Virus record (IMG/VR): IMGVR_UViG_3300032246_001342 | Span: 1-50,316 of that record | DNA from: a virus | Lineage: Duplodnaviria > Caudoviricetes | DNA length: 50,316 nt | Direction: 5' to 3' (one strand) | Shown: positions 1 to 8,964 of the stretch, in pieces | How positions within the stretch are numbered: position 1 is the first letter of the stretch | Layout: each line of letters begins with the position of its first letter | Made by a program: the position numbers and the translations under genes | Notes under the pieces: model-generated | What the model was told of the DNA's origin: nothing | The model's database searches: none | The model's input: the letters and a program-made list of their open reading frames with translations, nothing else

Positions 1-123
1 AATGGCGGCGTATTCCTCGTCTTGGAGTAGCGGGCGCGCGGCGTCGGTGTCCCCCACGTAAAACCGCGCTTGATCCCGTGTGGTCGCTTGCGTTGGGTCG
101 TACGTGAAGGACATGGATTATTG
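1..123. repeat. Terminal direct repeat, copy 1 (circular assembly overlap)
   Basis: 1..123 is identical to 50194..50316; it contains the 5' end (ATG at 114, minus strand) of the gene completed at 49903..50307. Confidence 0.97.
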
Positions 124-582
124 ACCTCCGCCGTTTGCGACGCCCTGAACGGGTTCGTCGTCTTCGGTTTCATTGGCGGCGACCTTGGCGTCGATCAACG
201 CTTGAATTTCCGCTTTGGTTGCGCGCGTGGGAACGTCGATTCCCATACCTTCGGCGGCGGCGCGAAGATCGGCGGCAGACATGGACGCGACGCCCTGTTT
301 GGACGATCCGCCCGTCGCTTCGGCGACGCGCTGTTCGTTGCTCATGGGCGCGGATTCGACGACCGGGTTCCCGTTTGCATTCGGAACCGAAAGGATGTTT
401 TCCGGCTGATTTTGGTTTGCCGCTGGCGCGATTGCGCCGAGTTCAACAAGGCGCGGGATGAATTCTTCGATCCGATGGCCCAAGATCAAGGAACCGGCGT
501 AAAGGGCGTCGGGATTACCCGCGCCGAGGTGTCCCGTCGGCAACCCGACGGCGTCTTTGACTTCGTACAAAATGGTGTTCAT
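118..582 (-). CDS. Hypothetical head-module protein with C-terminal HeH/SAP-like helical motif
   Basis: Lies between capsid and head-tail connector; MSAADLRAAAEGMGIDVPTRATKAEIQALI resembles HeH/Rho-N motifs; start taken as MNTILYEVK. Confidence 0.6.
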   Translation of the reverse strand: MNTILYEVKDAVGLPTGHLGAGNPDALYAGSLILGHRIEEFIPRLVELGAIAPAANQNQPENILSVPNANGNPVVESAPMSNEQRVAEATGGSSKQGVASMSAADLRAAAEGMGIDVPTRATKAEIQALIDAKVAANETEDDEPVQGVANGGGQ

Positions 583-613
583 TCGTTTGCTTTGCTCCGT
601 TGGACCGCCCAAT

Positions 614-645
614 AAAAAAGGGCGGCGGGATTGCTCCCGTCGCCC
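614..645 (-). terminator. Intrinsic terminator after major capsid gene
   Basis: Minus strand GGGCGACGGGA-GCAA-TCCCGCCGCCC followed by T6. Confidence 0.8.
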
Positions 646-667
646 AATCTTACCGAACGCCGCGTGT

Positions 668-1696
668 TTAGACGCGCATCACGACGACCGCGCCGGGATA
701 GTACAACACTGGCCCGCCGTTGTGTCCGTCGTGAACCTTGATTTCACGAGGCACGTCGTCCATCTTGTCCACGACCTTCGTGTACGCGCCGGGTGCTTCG
801 CCCGAATTGTTCACGTTGCGGGTCATGAGGTATTCGCCGATTGGCTGATTGCCCGGTCGCGTTCCGATCACCACAACGTAACCGTCCGGGATGAACAATT
901 GGAACGTGCTCGTGTCGTCGAGATACCCTTCGTCGTAAATCACGATTTGCGGCAAATCTTCGCCAAGGAACACACGGTTCAATTCGTCCCGGTTGAGAGC
1001 GATGAGGCTGTTGAGGCCCGTCGTTCGCCGACCCGCGATGTCGTTCGCGTTGGTGCTCGAAATCATGTTGTTGAACGTGCCTTGGTTCATGTAGGCGCGA
1101 GCCTGAGAACCGAAGGACGTCGAACGACCACGACCGAGCAATTTCACGCCTCGGAAGTTTCCGAGCGGCGTCGATGTGGCGACCGTGCTCCACGGAACCG
1201 CAACCACGAACCGTTGGATCGGGAAAGCGTCCATGTGCATGATTGCGCCCATTTCGTTCGCAATGGCGAACACGCCTTGGGTGAGCAATGCCCAACCAAT
1301 TTGGCGAATTCGGTCGATGCGACGATTGAGCAAATGGTCTTGTGCTTCCGTCACAAGGTCCGTGATGTCGATAACCGTGTTCTCGGTTCCCCATTGGCGG
1401 CGGATGGTCATTTCCTGCTCGTCGATGAGTTTGAATTCACCGTAGACGCCGGGTTCCATCGTGTACCGCTTGCCACCTACCGGACGAACACGGGACGGCT
1501 GACCGTTAAGGCCGCGAACCGCTTGAAGTCCAGTGAAATTGTCGCGTTGTTCCCACGAAAGGACGTGGGCGTCCTTGTTCTGAATCGGAAGGATTTCGAA
1601 CAAAGGGTCGTTCATGGTGAGGACCGCGAGTTTTTCCGGTTCGATGACCTTCAATTCTTCGGCGGTCGGATACGTGTAAATGGTTGGTGTGGGCAT
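668..1696 (-). CDS. Major capsid protein (lambda gpE-like family)
   Basis: 342 aa; follows protease and decoration genes; C-terminal YTKVVDKMDDVPREIKVHDGHNGGPVLYYPGAVVVMRV typical of E-like capsids. Confidence 0.85.
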   Translation of the reverse strand: MPTPTIYTYPTAEELKVIEPEKLAVLTMNDPLFEILPIQNKDAHVLSWEQRDNFTGLQAVRGLNGQPSRVRPVGGKRYTMEPGVYGEFKLIDEQEMTIRRQWGTENTVIDITDLVTEAQDHLLNRRIDRIRQIGWALLTQGVFAIANEMGAIMHMDAFPIQRFVVAVPWSTVATSTPLGNFRGVKLLGRGRSTSFGSQARAYMNQGTFNNMISSTNANDIAGRRTTGLNSLIALNRDELNRVFLGEDLPQIVIYDEGYLDDTSTFQLFIPDGYVVVIGTRPGNQPIGEYLMTRNVNNSGEAPGAYTKVVDKMDDVPREIKVHDGHNGGPVLYYPGAVVVMRV

Positions 1697-1718
1697 GGTG
1701 TGTTGATCTCCCGACTCG

Positions 1719-2837
1719 TTAGAAGGTCAGAACGCCGGTACCTCCAATAGCTCCGGCAATAATGCGACCGCCAATGTCCGTTCGGGCTTTGGCGTCGAAA
1801 CCGACGAGGTCAGCCAGCGAGAACGTCCCGGAATAAAACGCCGAAACCGTTTCTTGCTGTTCGCCATGCTCCATCGTCACCGCCGCGTTTTGCCCGATGA
1901 TCACATAACCATCGGAATCGGTTCGGGCGTCGTATTCGAGGATCATGATCGCAACGTTTGCGCTGGACGAATACGCCGTGTTGACGAGCGGCGGATATTT
2001 GAACGACGCAACCGCCGCCGGAGCAGTGAAGTCCGTTTGCGCCGTGGTCGTACCGGTGACGGCGATGGTTCCAAGGAACGTCGGCGCGCCGGTACCAAGA
2101 TTCGGACCGATGTAAACGTCGAGGTTCGTGAAACCCGACGGGAGGCCGGTCATGGCGGCAATTCGAACGGTGTTCGAACCACCGGAAAGGGTGACCGCGC
2201 CGACTTGCGCCGACACCGTCGTTTCACCTTGCGCGTTTCGTCCGGTGTACCAAATTCGGTACGTACCATCGGGAACGGTTCCACCGGCGATTGCCGACGG
2301 GACGATTGCGGTCGATGGCACGGCAACCACGGCGGACGAATACGAATCGTACGTCATGGCAGAAATGCCGATGGTCGTGTGAGCGATGACGGCGGCGGAG
2401 ACGGCGGCACCGGTGAGCGGGTTCGAGGCTACGGACGAAATCGTCACGAGCGGAACCGGCGTGTTTGCGAGGGCACCTTGGAAGGTGATCACAATCGGAG
2501 TCACGGTGTTGAGCGGACCGCCCGACACGGCAACGTTCGCAATCGAACCAATCGCGGGAATCGCGGCAAGCGCGGTTCGAATGGTCGCGGCGACGGCGTT
2601 GTGAGCCAAAACGTCAGACGCCATACCGAACACGTTGATTTGGTATTGACCGCCGGTGTAACCGGTCGTACCCGTGATCGACTGGACTGCCGAAGTGACC
2701 GCCACAAGCGCGAGGATTTGCCCGCGCGTGAACGTCTTGTTCGGAGCCAATCGGACCGCCGTCCGGTTGTAATTTGCGTCGTCGAAAAACGGCTTGATTG
2801 CCGCGTTGGAAAAGATGGATGTTGCTTGAATCGCCAT
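1719..2837 (-). CDS. Head decoration protein with inserted adhesin/Ig-like domains
   Basis: N-terminal TFTRGQILALV and C-terminal AIMILEYD...VSAFYSGTFSLADLVG resemble gpD-like decoration proteins; Ala/Thr/Gly-rich insert between them. Confidence 0.65.
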   Translation of the reverse strand: MAIQATSIFSNAAIKPFFDDANYNRTAVRLAPNKTFTRGQILALVAVTSAVQSITGTTGYTGGQYQINVFGMASDVLAHNAVAATIRTALAAIPAIGSIANVAVSGGPLNTVTPIVITFQGALANTPVPLVTISSVASNPLTGAAVSAAVIAHTTIGISAMTYDSYSSAVVAVPSTAIVPSAIAGGTVPDGTYRIWYTGRNAQGETTVSAQVGAVTLSGGSNTVRIAAMTGLPSGFTNLDVYIGPNLGTGAPTFLGTIAVTGTTTAQTDFTAPAAVASFKYPPLVNTAYSSSANVAIMILEYDARTDSDGYVIIGQNAAVTMEHGEQQETVSAFYSGTFSLADLVGFDAKARTDIGGRIIAGAIGGTGVLTF

Positions 2838-3880
2838 TAGCAGTTCGCTCCTTTGTCAGCAACCTTCATGGCTTGGCGACCGAGCGCAGATTTGCCCATG
2901 AGGGCCTTTTTGCGGTCAGCCGACATACCGGAGTCGGTCGCATTGTCGCCGTTCACGGTTTTGAATTGGGCTTGGCCCATCATGTCCGCCGTGAAACGAT
3001 GTTGAGGGTTGGTGTCGAGCATTTTTCGGAGGCTCGTCACGGCGTCGCCTTCGACGATCTTCCCGTCGGACGCAAACGCGGATTTTCCGCCCGCATCGGC
3101 TCGAACTGCCGTGGCGTATTGAGCGGCGACGGCTTCGACCTGCGCCGGAAGGATGCGTCGGTCGCCCACGTAATGAGCGGCGAACTCCTTCGATGCGGCG
3201 AGGATTTTTTCGCCCTCGGCGGTTGCGGCGTCGGCTTCGGATTTGGCCCGAAGTTCGTCGCGCTCCTTTTCGGCCTTCTCGCGGGCTTCGTTCGCTTCCT
3301 TCAATTTAGCTTCGAGGGCGGGATCGGTGACCGGTTCCGTTTTGACGGTTGGTTTCGTATCGACGCCGAGTTGATCGTCCGGGATTTCATCCACCGCCTT
3401 GGAAAAGGCGGATTTGAGCAGTCCTTTTAAGTCCATTTGTTTTCCTTTCCGCTTGTCGGGCGGTTGTTCCATTCCGAACGCCGCGAAAACCGCCGCATCC
3501 GTCACACGAGGGTTTTTGGCAAATGCCAAACCGATGATCACCCAATCGTTATGGCGAAGCTCGATTGACACCGGAACGGGATCATCGCCGAGCAAATCCG
3601 CCAACGCTTTCGGGATCGACGTCGTACCGTAAACGCTCCCGTCGTCCATCACTTCGATGGAGACGAGTTCGCCGAGCTTGCCGTCGAGTACCGAATGCCA
3701 ATGTTCGATGTTGATCGGGCAAGGCGTGAATTTTGCCGCGCCTTGACGCAATTGCTCGACGGTGACCGTGACGTTTTTGTCCGGGTATTCGCCCGCTTGG
3801 AAAACCTTCCCGCGCTTGTACACCCGGTCGCCAACAGTGGACACCGTCGAAAACACCGAATTCATGGACCAAACGTTCAT
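2837..3880 (-). CDS. Prohead protease / scaffold protein (Mu gpI/Z-like)
   Basis: VFQAGEY, PINIEH and VSIE motifs in the N-half; charged coiled-coil C-half; in-frame internal ATG at 3436 with strong SD. Confidence 0.7.
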   Translation of the reverse strand: MNVWSMNSVFSTVSTVGDRVYKRGKVFQAGEYPDKNVTVTVEQLRQGAAKFTPCPINIEHWHSVLDGKLGELVSIEVMDDGSVYGTTSIPKALADLLGDDPVPVSIELRHNDWVIIGLAFAKNPRVTDAAVFAAFGMEQPPDKRKGKQMDLKGLLKSAFSKAVDEIPDDQLGVDTKPTVKTEPVTDPALEAKLKEANEAREKAEKERDELRAKSEADAATAEGEKILAASKEFAAHYVGDRRILPAQVEAVAAQYATAVRADAGGKSAFASDGKIVEGDAVTSLRKMLDTNPQHRFTADMMGQAQFKTVNGDNATDSGMSADRKKALMGKSALGRQAMKVADKGANC

Positions 3881-3910
3881 GAGCGGTTCGATGTTACTCT
3901 ATCGCAGATT

Positions 3911-5887
3911 TCACCGGGTCCGGCGGGTTCGTGCCAAACGGTCGAGGATGGCGTCGAGCATCGCCGATTCTCGTCGGGTGAGCCGTGGCGGGTGTTCCCA
4001 TTCGTCGAGCTTCGAGCGGTCAAAAAGGCTCCAAATCCACGCCGCAAACGTGCCTCTTGTTTGCCGTTCGGCGACGTACGATTCGAGAACGTTCATGGAA
4101 TACGACCCGTCCCGGAGGTCGAATTCGAGTTCCACCGTCTCGCCGTGTTCCTTCCACCACGCCCGGCCTTCCGGCGTCGTCATGAGGTCCGAAACACGTT
4201 GGACGTTTGTCAACCCGGCGTCGCCTAGTTTGCGCCGCCAAAACATGCCGGTGAGGTCCCCATCGAAACCAAACCGCGCCCATGTGTAGTATCCGTTGTA
4301 AATTCCATCGTCGCGCGCGGCGAGCGTTTTGATTTTCTTGTAACCGGCCCGGCGGTAACTTTGAACCTGCGAAGCGAAGGCGCGCGCGCCCGTTCCCTTT
4401 CCTTCGTTCGTGATCTTCATGTAATCATGCGACACGATGCCTTGGTCCGGGAAGAACGTCCGATTCGCTCGGACATTGTCAGTTTCCACGAGGATTTGAA
4501 CTCGACGGTCGAATTGTTGGCCCGCAACATGACCGCCGACGTTTGCGTTGTCGCTTGATTGAACAATGCCCGTTGCCCATTCCATGACGTCAAACCCGAC
4601 GGCGTCTTCAACATCAGCCCCCAAATGTTGCGGTGTGTTGTTGCGGATCGGAGCACGGCGCGGCAAATTGTCCACGGTGACCGGGTCCGGCCTTGGCGCG
4701 GGCTTGGGGTCCGGTTCCGTCTTCGGTTTTGGTTGCACCGTTGGCGTCGGCGGCGCGGGAACCGTGACCGAAACCGGGTCGTTGTTTGGGTTCCAAATGG
4801 TGTTCGGTCGGCTTGGGATTTCACCGGAAGCGACGCGCTTCAAATCCCGGATCGGCGTCACGGTAACGTTTGTTCCCCAAACGGGATGGCGGGTTTCTTT
4901 GACACAATCGGCGAGGGTGATTTCACCCGCTTTCCACATGCGGAGCCGTTCGGGTGAACCCATGATTCGGGCTTGGACGTCCGCCGGTTGCGTTTTGAGC
5001 CAATCGTCGCCGAACGGAAGGTCCGGTTTTTCATCATCGACAAAAGGCATCGCCGTACATCGACAAGCCGGGTGACTGTGCATATCCTCGGTCACCGGGT
5101 GTTGGGACATGTGTTTCGCAAGACACGCCGGGCATGTGAACATGTTCAACGACGCAACCCACACCCAACCTTTGACGACGTCGTCATTGTTGCGATAATT
5201 GGCGGTCTGCGCGCCGCGATACATTCGCATCGACTCTGTCCGGGCGATGAGTTCCGCGCGCCGGTACGTGACGCCATCGACGTTGTTTTTGACCTTCGCG
5301 TAAATGGACCGCGCAACATCACGCGGGTTTCGACCGACGGCGACGCCGTTGGTCAATTCGTCGCGCATGGCTCGGTACATCGCGCCTTGGAGTTCGTTCC
5401 GGGCTGTTTGGGCGATTCCGTTCAACAATGCGCCAGCGGGCGCGCGGGCGCGGAGGTTGGCGACCATCATGTCCAAAGCTTCGCGAGGAAGCATTTGGAA
5501 CGACACACCGGGCGAAGCCACCGAAAGGCGCGTCGCCGCATGTTCGCCGCCCATGACCGCCGCCGTTGTTCCAAGCCGGTCGATGGTGTCCCGCGCCGAT
5601 CCGCCAAACCGCTCGATTTCTTCGCCCATTTGGACAAGGAGAGCGGTCCATCGTTGTTGTCGCCACAACCAATTCGGATGGACCGGCTCGCCGTTTTCGA
5701 GAGCGGTTTCGATCTGACGGAGCACCCTTTCGAGTTCACGGAACGCCTTTTTCGTTGCCGTTTCGTATGCCGACGATAACGATTTGAGCGCGTCGTCGTC
5801 GAGGCGCAACAATTCGAGGCGTTGGGTTTCGATGAAATCCCACGGCGTTTTCGGGTTCCGTGTGTTGACCGGCGCGGGCGTTGGCAC
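3911..5887 (-). CDS. MuF/SPP1 gp7-like minor head protein with C-terminal GNAT-like domain
   Basis: Downstream of portal; RAELIARTES, WVWVAS...TCPAC, HPACRC MuF motifs; Pro/Thr linker; EGKGTG and NGYYTWARFGF motifs. Confidence 0.85.
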   Translation of the reverse strand: MPTPAPVNTRNPKTPWDFIETQRLELLRLDDDALKSLSSAYETATKKAFRELERVLRQIETALENGEPVHPNWLWRQQRWTALLVQMGEEIERFGGSARDTIDRLGTTAAVMGGEHAATRLSVASPGVSFQMLPREALDMMVANLRARAPAGALLNGIAQTARNELQGAMYRAMRDELTNGVAVGRNPRDVARSIYAKVKNNVDGVTYRRAELIARTESMRMYRGAQTANYRNNDDVVKGWVWVASLNMFTCPACLAKHMSQHPVTEDMHSHPACRCTAMPFVDDEKPDLPFGDDWLKTQPADVQARIMGSPERLRMWKAGEITLADCVKETRHPVWGTNVTVTPIRDLKRVASGEIPSRPNTIWNPNNDPVSVTVPAPPTPTVQPKPKTEPDPKPAPRPDPVTVDNLPRRAPIRNNTPQHLGADVEDAVGFDVMEWATGIVQSSDNANVGGHVAGQQFDRRVQILVETDNVRANRTFFPDQGIVSHDYMKITNEGKGTGARAFASQVQSYRRAGYKKIKTLAARDDGIYNGYYTWARFGFDGDLTGMFWRRKLGDAGLTNVQRVSDLMTTPEGRAWWKEHGETVELEFDLRDGSYSMNVLESYVAERQTRGTFAAWIWSLFDRSKLDEWEHPPRLTRRESAMLDAILDRLARTRRTR

Positions 5888-5890
5888 GGA

Positions 5891-7378
5891 TTACGCTCCC
5901 GCGCCGCCGCCGCTTCCGCCTTGGTAGCCTTGCAACGGGTCACCCACACGGGCGAGTGATCGTTGGGTTTCGATTGCGGCGTCCTCTTCGGCTTGGACCT
6001 CTTCGAGCCACGCTTCCATGTCGCGTTCAGGCGCGCCGATCAACCGGTCGAGGCCCGCGACTTGCGATTTGTGGAAATATTTCTCGCGCCAAAGCGACGC
6101 GACCGCCGACATGATCTTCGCCCGGTCTTCCTTGTCCGCCGCTTTGAGCGTGACGGTCGGCGTCAATCGCTCGGCGATTTCGTCGCCCCAATTGAGCGCG
6201 ATAAGTTGCGCCACAACGTCACGGGTGAGCATTTCTTCGATGTGACCGGTCAACCATTCGGCCTTGCGGCTGAGGGTGTCTTGTCCACCTTCGGAATCGG
6301 CCTTCGACCCGTGCTTCGCCTCCATGTTCGCGCGGGCGTTGCCGAGTATCGCGAGGAATAATTCGCGATTGAATGCGTCGATGGTTTCGACGAACGCTTC
6401 GCCGTTGCCGGACGATTGGATCGGTTCGACTTTCGACCCGCCTTTGAGGGCAATCGCCGAACCCGCTTGGAACGACACAAGCGCGGTGAGCATAGCTTGT
6501 TCGCGCGTGATTTTTTTGGTCGATCCGTCGGAATTGTAAAGAGGGCGACCGTTCGAATCTTTAAGTTCGATGAGGTCGTCGTCGCCTTCCGGCGTGTATC
6601 CGATGAGCGACGGCGTCGAAAACTGTTGGAGGTACTTCAACCATCGCGGATACGTTTGGAGTTTGAACCACCAAGCGTTGTAAGCCGACCGAATTTGGGA
6701 TCGACCACGCGGGTCGCCCGCCGTGACTCCAAACGCGAGGATCGCGAATTTTTCCCGTTCGATCACGAGCGACGGATCGACGTACCCTTGCGGTGACGAT
6801 TGACCGGGAAGGCGCGCCATGAAGCCTTGGACGTTTCCCCAATCGTCCACAACAAACGAATAATTCTTCCGCGCAAGCGGCCTGATGCCCTTCAAATGAA
6901 GCCGGAGGCCGTATTTGCGGGTGATCCGCATTTCATAGATTTTCTCGGCAACACACGCGCCATAAACAAAGGCGTTGAGCATTTCGGTCAACACTTCGGT
7001 CAATGGTCGGGCGAGTTTTTTGAGGTTGTACGAAACGAAATCGGTCAATTCACGGGCGAGCGCATAATCCGGGTCTTCCTCGTTTGTCACCGCCGTTTCG
7101 ACACGGACGCCGTTCATGAGGACGATTTCGGTCAATGTTTGAACCGCCGTGAAAATCGCCGGGTCCTTCATCATCCGGTCGTAAACCGCGTCGCCTTGCT
7201 CGCGTTGAAGGTCGTCGGAATATTGCGGAAGCGAAACGATGACTTGCGACAGGCCAATGTCGAGGCCGGACGCGACATATTCCCGCGACGGGTCCATCGA
7301 CGGAATTCGCGAAACCAATTCGTCGCGACGTTGTTCCATCGCGCCCGGCAGGGTCGCTGTGTCGGTCGCTTGTGCCAT
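5891..7378 (-). CDS. Portal protein (Mu gp29/DUF935-like)
   Basis: MLNAFVYGACVAEKIY, DPRGRSQIRSAYNAWWFK, ELFLAILG motifs; start taken at MAQATDT. Confidence 0.85.
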   Translation of the reverse strand: MAQATDTATLPGAMEQRRDELVSRIPSMDPSREYVASGLDIGLSQVIVSLPQYSDDLQREQGDAVYDRMMKDPAIFTAVQTLTEIVLMNGVRVETAVTNEEDPDYALARELTDFVSYNLKKLARPLTEVLTEMLNAFVYGACVAEKIYEMRITRKYGLRLHLKGIRPLARKNYSFVVDDWGNVQGFMARLPGQSSPQGYVDPSLVIEREKFAILAFGVTAGDPRGRSQIRSAYNAWWFKLQTYPRWLKYLQQFSTPSLIGYTPEGDDDLIELKDSNGRPLYNSDGSTKKITREQAMLTALVSFQAGSAIALKGGSKVEPIQSSGNGEAFVETIDAFNRELFLAILGNARANMEAKHGSKADSEGGQDTLSRKAEWLTGHIEEMLTRDVVAQLIALNWGDEIAERLTPTVTLKAADKEDRAKIMSAVASLWREKYFHKSQVAGLDRLIGAPERDMEAWLEEVQAEEDAAIETQRSLARVGDPLQGYQGGSGGGAGA

Positions 7379-7700
7379 ATCCTCGATAATACTCCCGGAG
7401 GTAGAGTTCCGATCATGAAACGAGCGCGCCGGAAAACATCCATGTCGGTCGCAACGGGTCGAAAACGACGCCTCCATTTCATCGTGCTCGGCGAACGGTT
7501 CACCATCGACGTTCACGAGCGGGTCGAAATGATCGACCTCACGACACGGAAGCGGATCGACCCGCAACGTTGGCACATGGGAAACGGCAACGTCCGAACG
7601 CCGCTTGGATGCACTCCACGGTATTTCGAATTGCGCGACGACACGCGCGAGCGGGTCCGCTCATATTCCGGCGTCACAAAAGCCGAACCGCGTTGATCGC

Positions 7701-8303
7701 TCAAAATTCGAACGGTTGTTGCCAATGGGCATGGTGAACCGCGCGCGCTCCCCACGGTAAATGTTTGAGGAACCGCACGAACCCGGAGCCGTCCACCGAA
7801 TCACAACCGACGTCGCTCGCGTATTGGATGCGCCGCCGACTGTTCACCCTTCCCATGTGAACCCATTTGTCGCGTCGCTTGGCTTCGGCGATGATCGACC
7901 GGGCAACCGATCCCATTTTGAACGCCGTCGTTCCGCCCACAAACACGGCGTCGCATTCGTCCCACGGGATCGCCTCGACCGTTGCGCCGTCTTGGACGAC
8001 AAACGCCGCCGGGAGGCCATGTGAGCGAATCACGGGCAACCACAAGGGCCAAAAGGCGAGCGTCGCGGCATGGTTGCCGACAACGTCCGGCGCGGTGATG
8101 AACCGAACCGGACGACCGGCGAGGCGTTTGAGGTAACGCCGGAACCTTCGTTCGTCGAACGTCCCGAAACAACCATTGTCGGCGGCTTCGTCGAGGCCAC
8201 CAACGTCGGCGGAAAAATGGCGCGGCGTGTGAAGGACGCCAACCGAATATAGGCGGGCGACCTCCACGACGTCGGCGTTGTATCGGGACACGAAAAGGAT
8301 CAT
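7701..8303 (-). CDS. Divergent TGT/DpdA-fold transglycosylase-like protein (second paralogue)
   Basis: Ordered motifs ADNGCF, PDVVGN, VQDG, FVGG, VHMGRV, DSVDGS parallel DSGAF, LDVVGD, FQRG, AVGG, HLLG, SCDS of 20299..21120. Confidence 0.65.
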   Translation of the reverse strand: MILFVSRYNADVVEVARLYSVGVLHTPRHFSADVGGLDEAADNGCFGTFDERRFRRYLKRLAGRPVRFITAPDVVGNHAATLAFWPLWLPVIRSHGLPAAFVVQDGATVEAIPWDECDAVFVGGTTAFKMGSVARSIIAEAKRRDKWVHMGRVNSRRRIQYASDVGCDSVDGSGFVRFLKHLPWGARAVHHAHWQQPFEF

Positions 8304-8758
8304 TCCGACGCGATTTTCACGAATTCCGCCATGAGCCGTTCTTGTTCCAACATGTTCACGACCCGTTCGACGACTTCGCCTTCCATGACCACGAACACAC
8401 CATTGAGCGGCTTCCCGTCGGCGGTTTTGAGGACGACCGACATTTGCCCGGCTCCGGCTTCGCGCGCCGATTCGATCAACATCCCGACGGCACCTTCAAC
8501 CCGTCCCGGTTGCGATGGCGACATTTCCGAACCGTGTTGTTCAACGAGTTCGAGCAAATCCGCCGCGAGGTGTTCGTTGTCTTTGGCAACCGATGCGGCG
8601 TATGCAACGAGCGCGACGCGGGCGTGTGGGTCGTATGGGCGGAGGACGAACGCCGGGCTTTCAATGACCTCGCCGACCGTCCCGTCGTCGTTGCGTCGAT
8701 GGATGACGTATTTCGAAACCAAACCGCGCGGGTCCGGCGTGTATGTGGGTTTGCTCAT
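8300..8758 (-). CDS. Hypothetical protein
   Basis: 152 aa, ATGA-coupled to neighbours; KYVIHR...FVLRPYDPHARVALVAYA is a recurrent phage motif. Confidence 0.7.
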   Translation of the reverse strand: MSKPTYTPDPRGLVSKYVIHRRNDDGTVGEVIESPAFVLRPYDPHARVALVAYAASVAKDNEHLAADLLELVEQHGSEMSPSQPGRVEGAVGMLIESAREAGAGQMSVVLKTADGKPLNGVFVVMEGEVVERVVNMLEQERLMAEFVKIASE

Positions 8759-8964
8759 GGTGTGTTGTTCCTTACGATCCGGCGCAAATGCGCGCGGAAT
8801 TTGACGTCCGACCGATGATCGGATGGTGTGAGCGGCGACGTGATCGTGTGGACCGCGCCGCCGACGTTGATTTCGAACACGGCGGATTTCGCGTACCGCA
8901 CGAGCCGAGGCGCGAGGCCCATCGACTTCATGAGGTCCATCCGTTCGCGAACGATTTTGGTCAT
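8755..8964 (-). CDS. Small hypothetical protein, HicA-like pattern
   Basis: 69 aa with TPSDHRS motif; ATGA overlaps on both sides. Confidence 0.5.
   Translation of the reverse strand: MTKIVRERMDLMKSMGLAPRLVRYAKSAVFEINVGGAVHTITSPLTPSDHRSDVKFRAHLRRIVRNNTP

Noticed and set aside
1-123. Physical terminal repeats as in T7-like phages
   Set aside because: The repeat cuts through a structural gene mid-operon; an assembly overlap is more likely
557-1750. Long antisense ORFs (557..1750, 1854..2840, 13184..14428, 26478..27539, 28188..29780, 30609..32069 and others)
   Set aside because: They are shadows of real genes on the other strand, favoured by high GC and scarce TAG/CTA, and carry no recognisable motifs
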